From Lysobacteraceae bacterium (GTDB lineage: Bacteria > Pseudomonadota > Gammaproteobacteria > Xanthomonadales > Xanthomonadaceae): a DNA stretch of 64,000 bases. The notes beneath the pieces were generated by a model. It was given only the letters and a program-made list of their open reading frames with translations, was not told the DNA's origin and made no database searches. Below, piece after piece: positions 46,781-54,541 of this stretch; the stretch's first letter is position 1; each line of letters begins with the position of its first letter. Both the position numbers and the translations under genes were made by a program. The DNA is taken from contig SCUI01000004.1 of NCBI GenBank assembly GCA_004297225.1, forward strand, positions 38,724-102,723. Reading direction: 5' to 3'.

Positions 46781-47902
46781 TCAATACCACTCCATGAGCG
46801 AGATCCCGAGCCCGATATAGGTCGCGCGGTGGTTGTAATCCACCATGCTCTCGCCGTAGCCGTCGAACACCTGCAGGTGGCCGCGGAAGGTGTCGTGGAG
46901 CGGGAACGCCCAGTCGAACTGCACCGCGCCGTGCGACTGCGCGCCGCCCCGCAACGAGTGCCGCAGCATCAGCGACAGCTGGTGGCCATTGGGCAGCACC
47001 CTCACCAGGGTCGCGTCGCCGCGGCCCATGTAATCGGAGATGTCCGGGTTGTCGTCGCCGCCGCCGGGCTCGGGCATGCGCACCCAGGGTCGCAGGTTCA
47101 ACGCCCAGCCGTCGCGGTCCATGCCGAAGTTGAACACCAGCCGGTTCCAGCTGCGCGACAGCGGGTTGTCGCGGCCATTGGACTGGTGGTTGATGCCGAC
47201 CGCCGCCAGCCGCCCCTTCCAGCCGAGCAGGTTCCAGCCGGTGCGGAAGGCGAGCATCACTTCCGGCTCGTAGTTGGTCTCGCGGAACATGCGCGAGGAT
47301 TCGCCGTTGTAGACCTGCCAGTGCGAGGCCTGGGTATAGGCCATCCAGATGTCGCCGTTGTCGCCGAACAGGTTCTCCACCGCCTTGGTCTTGAAGCTGA
47401 TCTGGAACTTCGCTTCCAGCGAGTCGATCGGCGTGTCGCCGCCGCCTTCGCCCAGCGACGGCGAGAACGGGTCCTCGTTGACGTTGCTGGTGGCGAACAG
47501 CGGGAACAGGTAGACCGGTTTGTAGGCGCGGAAGTTGAAGATGCCGAGCTTGGAACTGGCGGCGAGTTCCCAGCGGTTGTCCAGCAGCGAGCCCTTGCCG
47601 GCATTGGCGATCGCCGCGAGCGCGGCCGGGTCGGTGACGGTCGGTGCGTCGCGGCGGAACAGGCTGGGCGCGCCGTATTCGGCGCGCGCGGCATCGGCGA
47701 CGGCATCGGCCTGCTGCGGCGTCGACAGTTCGCGTTTCATCGCGGCGTCGTAGCAGGCCAGGCGGGTGGCGGCGATCTCCACCGCCACGCAGGCCTCGAT
47801 GCCGGGATGCGCTTCCTCCGTCGGTGCCTGCGCCTGCGCATGCGCTGCCAGCGGGGCAAGCAGCAGCGGGATCGGCAGGCAACGGGCGAGGATGGCGCGC
47901 AT
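46781..47902 (-). CDS. pldA: Outer membrane phospholipase A (OMPLA)
   Basis: Has a signal peptide, the YKPVYLFP dimerisation/beta-barrel start, and the catalytic HQSNGR motif. Confidence 0.9.
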   Translation of the reverse strand: MRAILARCLPIPLLLAPLAAHAQAQAPTEEAHPGIEACVAVEIAATRLACYDAAMKRELSTPQQADAVADAARAEYGAPSLFRRDAPTVTDPAALAAIANAGKGSLLDNRWELAASSKLGIFNFRAYKPVYLFPLFATSNVNEDPFSPSLGEGGGDTPIDSLEAKFQISFKTKAVENLFGDNGDIWMAYTQASHWQVYNGESSRMFRETNYEPEVMLAFRTGWNLLGWKGRLAAVGINHQSNGRDNPLSRSWNRLVFNFGMDRDGWALNLRPWVRMPEPGGGDDNPDISDYMGRGDATLVRVLPNGHQLSLMLRHSLRGGAQSHGAVQFDWAFPLHDTFRGHLQVFDGYGESMVDYNHRATYIGLGISLMEWY

Positions 47903-47913
47903 GGGCGCCCATC

Positions 47914-49350
47914 TTACGGTGGCGGAGGCGCCGCGGCGGGCTTTGGATCGGTTTCCGGCGAAGCCAGGTTCTCGTCGTCGTGGGCGCGCTGGGCGGCGGC
48001 CAGTTGCTCGTCGATGTCGCGGTTGACCGAGGTGTCGCCGCTGGGCTCCGGCGGCGGCCCAGGCACCGGAAGCGGCAGCGGTTCCCGGCTTTCCTCGCGC
48101 AGGTAGCGCACGGTCTCCGGCCCGTGGACGCCGGCCTTGGCGAATGCGCCGCGGACCGCGCGCAAGGCCTCGCTGCGGGTCTTGCCCAGGTCGTTGCGGC
48201 GCTGGTCGATCCAGCCGAAGAAGCGCAGGTCCAGGCCCTTGGCGTTGTAGCCGTCCACCGACGAGGATGGCGCCGGATCGAGCAGCACCCCGTCCACCTG
48301 CGCGATCGCCGCAAGGCCCGCTTCACTGGCGTGGTGCGCGGACTCGGACGGGTCGATCGGCAGCACGAAGTCGAAGCGCCGACGCGGGTTGGCGGTGTAG
48401 TTCAGCACCACCGACTTGAACACCAGCGCGTTGGGCAGCGACAACTGGTTGCCGTCCAGGGTCATCAGCAGGGTCGCGCGCGAGGTCAGCGCGATCACCT
48501 TGCCCTCGTACTTGTCCACCACCAGGTGGTCGTCCGGCGCGAACGGGCGGCGCAGGCTCAGCAGGATGCCGGCCATGTAGTTCTCGGCGATGTCCTTGAA
48601 GGCGAAGCCGACGACCAGGCCGATCACGCCCGCCGACCCCAGCACCGCGCCGACCAGCGCGGTGGCCCCCAGCAGGTTCAACGCCAGCACCAGGCCCAGC
48701 ACCACCACCACCGACTGCACCAGCCGCCGCACCAGCCCTTCCAGGAACGGGTTGCGCTGGCGCCGGCGCAGCCAGGCCATCGGCCGGCGCGCCAGCAGTT
48801 TTCCGGCCAGCACCGACAGGTACACGATCGCCAGGGCGACCACCAGCAGCGGGATCGCGCCGACCAGCCGCACCAGTTTCTGTTGCGTCTGCGCCAAGGC
48901 CGCCCGCATGCGTTCAGGGAGGTTGGCGCTGATCGCGACCTGGTTGGACACCGCGCCGACGCCATCCACCGACTTCGCCAGCGTGCCGGCCAGGTCGCGG
49001 TCGGCATCGGCCAGCACTTCGCCACCCAGGGTGACGATGCCGGAGTTCACCGCCACGGTGACCTGCTGCAGGCGGGGATGTCGCAACAGCCGGGCGGTGA
49101 CCGCGGAGGCGATGCGCGAGTCGCTCTGCTCGCCGGCGCGCACTTCCGCGGCAAGGTCCCTGGCCTCCTGCGACGCCGGTTGCTGCAGGACTTCGGTGGC
49201 CTGCTCGATGACCGGCTGGGGCGCTTCCGGATCTTCGGTCGCGGATTGGGCGTGGGCCAGGAGGGGCGGAATCGAAAGCAGGAGCAAGATCAAAAGCAAG
49301 AGCGGGCGCGGCTTGCGCCGCTCCCACAATGGAGAGTGCGGCGGACTCAT
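47914..49350 (-). CDS. Mechanosensitive ion channel (MscS family) with an N-terminal periplasmic BON domain
   Basis: Shows a signal peptide, a BON-like segment (VTVAVNSGIVTLGGEV...VSNQV), TM helices and the MscS beta-domain (GKVIALTSRATLLMTLDGNQLSLPN). The ATG overlaps the upstream stop (ATGA). Confidence 0.85.
   Translation of the reverse strand: MSPPHSPLWERRKPRPLLLLILLLLSIPPLLAHAQSATEDPEAPQPVIEQATEVLQQPASQEARDLAAEVRAGEQSDSRIASAVTARLLRHPRLQQVTVAVNSGIVTLGGEVLADADRDLAGTLAKSVDGVGAVSNQVAISANLPERMRAALAQTQQKLVRLVGAIPLLVVALAIVYLSVLAGKLLARRPMAWLRRRQRNPFLEGLVRRLVQSVVVVLGLVLALNLLGATALVGAVLGSAGVIGLVVGFAFKDIAENYMAGILLSLRRPFAPDDHLVVDKYEGKVIALTSRATLLMTLDGNQLSLPNALVFKSVVLNYTANPRRRFDFVLPIDPSESAHHASEAGLAAIAQVDGVLLDPAPSSSVDGYNAKGLDLRFFGWIDQRRNDLGKTRSEALRAVRGAFAKAGVHGPETVRYLREESREPLPLPVPGPPPEPSGDTSVNRDIDEQLAAAQRAHDDENLASPETDPKPAAAPPPP
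49306..49332. repeat. REP3 unit in-frame in the first codons of the MscS-family gene (encodes PLWERRKPRP)
   Basis: ggcgcggcttgcgccgctcccacaatgg matches the intergenic REP3 copies. Confidence 0.8.
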
Positions 49351-50651
49351 AGCTGGGTGCGGATGGGGCGGATGAATTTCTCCGCGAACTTTTCCTTCCA
49401 CGGGCGCTGCTTCCAGGTCTCGTAGGTGTAGCGCTTGGTCGGTACCAGGTCCTGTTCGAAGACCTGGGTCATGCGCTCGGCGAACGCCCGATCATAGACG
49501 TTGAGGCTGGCCTCGTCGTTGAGGCGGAACGAGCGCAGGTCGAAGTTGGTCGAACCCACCGACACCAGCTCGCGGTCCACGATCAGCACCTTGTTGTGGA
49601 ACATGGTCGGCTCGTATTCGTACATTTCCACGCCGGCCAGCAACAGTGGTCCCCAGCCATCCTTGGACGCCAGGCGCGCGGCGTCGGAATCGGTGTTCTT
49701 GCCCGGCATCAGCACGCGGATGCGCACCCCGCGATGGCGCGCGGCCACCAGCGCCTTGGTGATCAGCTCGTCGGGGATGAAATAGGCCGCCGAGAGGTCG
49801 ATGCTGTGCTCGGCCGCGGCGATCGACATCAGGAACATCAGGTGCATGCTCTCGCTGCCGCCGGCGGGAGAGCTGATGAACAGGTGCGCGTCCATCCCGC
49901 CGGCCTTTTCCATCGGCGGGAAGTATTCGGCACCATTGAGGATGCGGCCGGTGGACTTGATCCAGTTGTCGTTGAACGCGGCCTGCATCTGCGCCACCAC
50001 CGGGCCTTCGATGCGGAAGTGCACGTCGCGCCAATGGTCCGGGTCCTGCGCGTGGCCCTTCCACGGATCGCCGATGCCGACGCCGCCGGTGAATCCGATC
50101 CGTCCGTCCACCACCAGCAGCTTGCGGTGGGTACGGTTGTTCATGCGCGACAGGTTGTACCAGTGCAGCGGCCGGTAGCGGACCACGTGCACGCCCGCGT
50201 CCTCCATCTCCTTGAGTTGCGACTGGTCCATGCTGGCGCTGCCGACCCAGTCGATGGTCACGTTCACCGTGACCCCGGCGCGCGCGCGCTCGCTCAGCGC
50301 ATCGGCGAACCACTGGCCGACTTCGCCTTCCCAGTAGATGTAGGTCTCGAAAGTGATCGTGTGCTGCGCGCCGCGGATCGCTTCGAGCATTGCCGGAAAG
50401 ATCTCCGCGCCGTTCTCGAGGTCGGTGACGTGGTTGCCGGGCAGGATCGAGGGCCCGAGCATCACTCCCATCTCGCGGCGGAACTGCGGGTCGGCGACGC
50501 CGTAGCGATGCTCGATCTTCCTTTCCAGCTGCTTGGTCGGCGTGGCGAAATTCAGGGCGATGACGACCGCCAGGCCGGTGAGCAATGCGGTGATGACGAC
50601 GGTCCAGATCATGCGTTTGCGGCTCCATCCTGGATTCCAGTGGCGCAGCAT
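49347..50651 (-). CDS. Phospholipase D family protein / cardiolipin synthase-like (two HKD motifs)
   Basis: Has an N-terminal TM helix. The HKD motifs are HRKLLVVDGRIGFTGGVGIGD and HNKVLIVDRELVSVGSTNFD. Confidence 0.87.
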   Translation of the reverse strand: MLRHWNPGWSRKRMIWTVVITALLTGLAVVIALNFATPTKQLERKIEHRYGVADPQFRREMGVMLGPSILPGNHVTDLENGAEIFPAMLEAIRGAQHTITFETYIYWEGEVGQWFADALSERARAGVTVNVTIDWVGSASMDQSQLKEMEDAGVHVVRYRPLHWYNLSRMNNRTHRKLLVVDGRIGFTGGVGIGDPWKGHAQDPDHWRDVHFRIEGPVVAQMQAAFNDNWIKSTGRILNGAEYFPPMEKAGGMDAHLFISSPAGGSESMHLMFLMSIAAAEHSIDLSAAYFIPDELITKALVAARHRGVRIRVLMPGKNTDSDAARLASKDGWGPLLLAGVEMYEYEPTMFHNKVLIVDRELVSVGSTNFDLRSFRLNDEASLNVYDRAFAERMTQVFEQDLVPTKRYTYETWKQRPWKEKFAEKFIRPIRTQL

Positions 50652-50655
50652 GGGC

Positions 50656-51147
50656 TCAGTTCCACCATGCCCATGCGAAGAGGCCCAGCATCGCCAGGGC
50701 CAGCATCAGCTTCAGGGCGATGCCGAAGACGATGCCCATCCACGTGCCGAAGCCGACCCTGGTGGCCTGGCCCAATCCGGCCTGGTCGAGCCGCCGGCCG
50801 TGCAGCAGCTCGCCGGCCAGCGCGCCGAGGAAGGGGCCGACGAAGAGGCCCAGCGGGCCCATGAACAATCCGAACAGGGTGCCGAGCACGGCGCCCAAAA
50901 TCGCCAGTTTGCTGGCGCCCACGCGTTTGGCCCCCATTGCCGTGGCCCAGAAATCCACCGCCACCGACAGCAGCGTCAGCACGGCCAGGGCGACCAGCGT
51001 GCCGGCGCCCACCTGTTCGAATCCGCCGGCGAAGGCCGCAAGCAGCAGGCCGGCGAAGATCAACGGGATGCCGGGCAGCGCCGGCAGCAGGATGCCGGCA
51101 AGTCCGACCAGGACCAGCAGCGCGGCAAGCACGTAGAGCAGGGTCAT
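50656..51147 (-). CDS. DUF456 family membrane protein
   Basis: This 163-aa, four-TM Gly/Leu-rich protein has the typical LPALPG start region. Confidence 0.75.
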   Translation of the reverse strand: MTLLYVLAALLVLVGLAGILLPALPGIPLIFAGLLLAAFAGGFEQVGAGTLVALAVLTLLSVAVDFWATAMGAKRVGASKLAILGAVLGTLFGLFMGPLGLFVGPFLGALAGELLHGRRLDQAGLGQATRVGFGTWMGIVFGIALKLMLALAMLGLFAWAWWN

Positions 51148-51208
51148 CGGGCCTCCATGGGAAAACGGCCCGCCGAAGCGGGCCGTCCCATCCTAACCAC
51201 ATGCCTGT

Positions 51209-51231
51209 GTAGAGCCGACCCATGGTCGGCT
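51209..51231. repeat. REP1 unit
   Basis: gtagagccgacccatggtcggct lies between DUF456 and the M35 peptidase gene. Confidence 0.85.
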
Positions 51232-51243
51232 TCACGGACCCCC

Positions 51244-52341
51244 TCAGTTCTGCGAGGGGTGGTTCTCGGCGAAGTACTCGTGGTTGTCGGCGTTGTTGAG
51301 CGCGCCGGCCGGATCGCTGGCCGCCAGGTTCTTCGCCCCGGTCTGGCCGTAGACGATGTCGTCGGTGCCGGCGACGACGTTGAAGTGGCTCATTTCGTGG
51401 ATCAGGGTGCCGCCCTTGGAGTCGGTGCCGGCCAGCGGCGCGCTCCAGAACGCACGGCAGACGAAGATCTCGTACGGCCGGGTCGGGTAGACATAGGCGT
51501 AGTAGTTCTGGTTGCAGCCGCAGTTGATGGTGATCTCGCCGCTGTTCTGGTCCATCGCCGCGTCGATCGCCTGGAAGTGGTCCAGCGCGGTGGCGTAGCG
51601 CTGGCTGCTGTAGGCGCCGAACCAGGTGGTGTAGCGCGGGCCGACGGTGCCGCCCGACAGGTATTGCTTCGAGTTTTCGCTGTAGGCGCGGGCCTGGTTG
51701 ACGGCATCCATCGCGGTCGCCGCCTGGGTCGCGTCGCAGCTGGCGAAGGTCACGCCGCTGCCGCCGCCACCGCCGCAATCCTGCTTGCGCGGATTGCAGG
51801 GCTTGCCCTTGGCGCTGCGGTCGGGCTTGGCCGCCTGGCCGTCGAACCACACGCGCAACGGCGCGCTGCGCAGCACCATCGGCAGGCCGCGCTCGCCCAC
51901 CAGCATCGCGCCGCCGGACAGCGAGGCATACTGCAACGGCGAGGCCAGCGTCACCTGGTACTGGCCGCGGGCCTGCATGGCGTATTGCGCCGGCAAGTCC
52001 ACCACGGCGCGATGGCTGCGGCCCGGCTGCAGCACCACGAAGTCCCCGGCCTGGGGCAGGCCGCGCTTGGCGAGCTTGCCTTCATAGGCCACCGGCTCGC
52101 CGTCGAGGCTGATGCGGAACAGTTGCGCAGTCGGGTCGCCGCCGGGCAATTGCCACGCCGGCACGCGCACGGCCTTGCGCGCGGTGTTGGTGACGGTGAC
52201 TTCCAGGGCGCCGTTACCCAGGGCCTGCATGCCCACGCGCAACGGATTCGGGGCCTTTGCCGGGGGCGCGGCGATCGCGGCAGCGACCGCGCCTGCCAGC
52301 ACCGCGGACACGGCGAACAACGGGACGAGCGAACCTTTCAT
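51244..52341 (-). CDS. M35 family aspzincin (peptidyl-Lys metalloendopeptidase-like), secreted with a propeptide
   Basis: Has a signal peptide. HEMSH is followed by GTDDIVYG (the aspzincin GTxDxxYG), and Cys pairs sit in the catalytic domain. Confidence 0.82.
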   Translation of the reverse strand: MKGSLVPLFAVSAVLAGAVAAAIAAPPAKAPNPLRVGMQALGNGALEVTVTNTARKAVRVPAWQLPGGDPTAQLFRISLDGEPVAYEGKLAKRGLPQAGDFVVLQPGRSHRAVVDLPAQYAMQARGQYQVTLASPLQYASLSGGAMLVGERGLPMVLRSAPLRVWFDGQAAKPDRSAKGKPCNPRKQDCGGGGGSGVTFASCDATQAATAMDAVNQARAYSENSKQYLSGGTVGPRYTTWFGAYSSQRYATALDHFQAIDAAMDQNSGEITINCGCNQNYYAYVYPTRPYEIFVCRAFWSAPLAGTDSKGGTLIHEMSHFNVVAGTDDIVYGQTGAKNLAASDPAGALNNADNHEYFAENHPSQN

Positions 52342-52444
52342 TCGGAACCTCCTGTTCGTGGATGACGGGTCCGCCGTCCGGCGGACAGCGCACCGTACGC
52401 CGCGGTGAAGGGCCGGCGCATCGTGCAGCGCATCATCGGCGCAA

Positions 52445-52474
52445 GAAAAAAGGCCCGCTCGCGCGGGCCTTCTT
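52445..52474 (-). terminator. Rho-independent terminator downstream of the glycine-zipper lipoprotein gene
   Basis: The minus strand reads aaggcccgc-gcga-gcgggcctt followed by ttttttc. Confidence 0.75.
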
Positions 52475-52503
52475 CGTGCACTGCGTTGCGAGGGCCGTGC
52501 GTG

Positions 52504-52986
52504 TCAGCGCGCCCAGGCGCGGCCGTCGTAGACGCGCACGTACGAGCCTTCGCGGATGCCGCCCAGGTCGTTCTGGTTGACCACCGTGGTGCGGCCGTCG
52601 TCCAGGCGCACCGTCACCCGATAGGTGCCGTTGTTGGCCTGCACCCGGTTCTGGATGGCGTTGCCGGCCAGCGCGCCGGCCACCGCGCCCACCGCCGTGG
52701 CGGTGTTCTGGCGGCCCTTGCTCTCGTCGTCGGCGAGCTCGCGGCCCGCGGCCGCGCCGACCACCGCGCCGACCACCGCGCCGGTGGCGTTGGGCACTGC
52801 ACTGCCGCCGCCGGAAATCACCTCGATCCGGGTGACGGTGCCGCAATCGTTGTAGCAGGCGCCGGCGGGCGCGTTCGCGCCGTAGTAACCATTGTTGGCG
52901 TAGCCGGGTGACGTCGCGCAGCCGGCGGCGGCCAGGCAGGCGGTGAGCGCCGCGGCGCCGAGCAGTCGGTTGGGGGAAAGTTGCAT
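52504..52986 (-). CDS. Glycine-zipper 2TM outer membrane lipoprotein (SlyB/Pcp-like)
   Basis: Has a lipobox (LAAAGC) and the glycine zippers GAVVGAVVGAAAG and GAVAGALAGNA. Confidence 0.8.
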   Translation of the reverse strand: MQLSPNRLLGAAALTACLAAAGCATSPGYANNGYYGANAPAGACYNDCGTVTRIEVISGGGSAVPNATGAVVGAVVGAAAGRELADDESKGRQNTATAVGAVAGALAGNAIQNRVQANNGTYRVTVRLDDGRTTVVNQNDLGGIREGSYVRVYDGRAWAR

Positions 52987-53042
52987 GGGGGCCTCCAGCG
53001 ATGGGATTCGGCCCATCGTCGTGAGGCGGGTGTGCACACCCC

Positions 53043-53065
53043 GTAGAGCCGACCCATGGTCGGCT
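53043..53065. repeat. REP1 unit
   Basis: gtagagccgacccatggtcggct lies between two same-strand genes. Confidence 0.85.
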
Positions 53066-53089
53066 GCCTTCATTCAGGAAACAGGGGCC

Positions 53090-53551
53090 CTAGTTGCGGA
53101 AATCCTGGTGGCAGGCCTTGCACTTGCTGCCGACGGTCTCGATCGCCGCTTCCACGCCGGGGCAGGCGATGGGCGGGCTGGCCAGCACTTCGTCCAGGCT
53201 CGCGCGCAGGTCCGCGGAGTGCTGGGCGAAGCGCTGGTCCTCGCGCAGGTCGCCGAACGCCGGCTCGATGTCGTTGGCCATGATCCGCAGGGTCTGCAGG
53301 TGCGGCAGCGTGTCGGTGGCGGTGCAGCGGTTCTGCTTGACGTTTTCGCCCAATGCGCCCAGGTGCGCGTCCATGACGTGCATGACGCTCTCGTGGAAAT
53401 GGTCCTTGCGCGCATCGAGCGCACGCAGCGCCATCACCGTGGCGACGATGCCGACCACCAGGCCGACCAGGAACAGGAAGAAGTAGCGGGCGGCGGCGTT
53501 GCCGGAAGGCTTCGGCCGCGGCGCGGGCGTGTCGGTTCCAGGCGTGCTCAA
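53090..53551 (-). CDS. Membrane-anchored class II (cytochrome c'-like) four-helix-bundle cytochrome
   Basis: Has an N-terminal TM helix (YFFLFLVGLVVGIVATVMAL) and a CxxCH haem motif (CKACH) 5 residues from the C-terminus, the placement typical of cytochrome c'/c556. Confidence 0.65.
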   Translation of the reverse strand: MSTPGTDTPAPRPKPSGNAAARYFFLFLVGLVVGIVATVMALRALDARKDHFHESVMHVMDAHLGALGENVKQNRCTATDTLPHLQTLRIMANDIEPAFGDLREDQRFAQHSADLRASLDEVLASPPIACPGVEAAIETVGSKCKACHQDFRN

Positions 53552-53599
53552 GGTCCATTTCCCCTAGGTCCGTGACGGGGCGAACGTTAGCATGGCGGG

Positions 53600-54430
53600 A
53601 TGGACATGTTCGACACCGACCACGTGCTGCGGGACCGCTTCGCCGGCATCGACCGGCTGTACGGGCAGGGCGCCATCGAGCGCCTGTCGAAGGTGCGGGT
53701 GGCGGTCGTGGGCCTGGGCGGCGTCGGCTCCTGGGCGGCCGAGGCGCTGGCGCGCAGCGCGGTCGGGCACCTGTCGCTGATCGACGCCGACGACCTGTGC
53801 CTGTCCAACACCAGCCGGCAGTTGCCGGCGGTGGCGGGGCAGTACGGGCGCAACAAGGCGGTGGCGATGGCCGAGCGCTGCCGCGCGATCAACCCGGCGA
53901 TCGAGGCGCGCGCGGTCGAGGCGTTCCTGACGCCGGCGAACCTGGAGGCGATGCTGGGTGACGGATACGACCTGGTGCTCGACGCCTGCGACAGTTTCCG
54001 CACCAAGGTCGAGGCGATCGCGTGGTGCCGCCGGCGCAAGTTGCCGGTGATCACCGTCGGCGCCGCGGGCGGCCGCACCGATCCGACGCAGGTGCGGGTG
54101 CGCGACCTCTCGCGCACCGAGCACGACGCGATGCTGTCGATGATCCGCAAGAAGCTGCGGGGCGAGTTCAATTTCCCGAAGAACCACGATCGCTACTTCG
54201 GCGTGCCGGCGGTGTACTCGCTGGAGAACGTGCGCTACCCGCAGGCCGACGGCAGCGTCTGCGGCCTGCGTCCGAAACTCGACCGCGACGCCGCGCTCAA
54301 ACTCGATTGCGGCGCCGGCCTCGGCGCTGCCACCCACATCACCGGCGCCTTCGCCTTCGCCGCCACCGCCAAGGCCCTGGAAATCCTCCTGAAGGGCCAG
54401 GCGGGCGCAGGACGCGGATCACGCGGATAA
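53600..54430 (+). CDS. tcdA: tRNA threonylcarbamoyladenosine dehydratase (TcdA/CsdL, ThiF/E1-like)
   Basis: Contains RFAGIDRLYG and a Rossmann GLGGVGSW motif, plus LIDADDLCLSNTSRQ. The last 6 codons and the stop lie in MITE-like copy D. Confidence 0.87.
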   Translation: MDMFDTDHVLRDRFAGIDRLYGQGAIERLSKVRVAVVGLGGVGSWAAEALARSAVGHLSLIDADDLCLSNTSRQLPAVAGQYGRNKAVAMAERCRAINPAIEARAVEAFLTPANLEAMLGDGYDLVLDACDSFRTKVEAIAWCRRRKLPVITVGAAGGRTDPTQVRVRDLSRTEHDAMLSMIRKKLRGEFNFPKNHDRYFGVPAVYSLENVRYPQADGSVCGLRPKLDRDAALKLDCGAGLGAATHITGAFAFAATAKALEILLKGQAGAGRGSRG

Positions 54431-54541
54431 GAGCCGATCAACACGGATAAAGACGATAGTTGCTGAGCGCGCGCTTGGAGATCGCAGGAAACCACTACAG
54501 AAGATCCGCGTTCATCCGCTTCTATCCGCGTGATCCGCGTC
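54411..54541. repeat. GCGGAT-type MITE-like element, copy D (complete)
   Basis: The arms gacgcggatcacgcggataagagccgatcaacacggat and atccgcgttcatccgcttctatccgcgtgatccgcgtc are inverted, and their first 19 nt are identical. Both flanking convergent genes terminate inside it. Confidence 0.85.
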
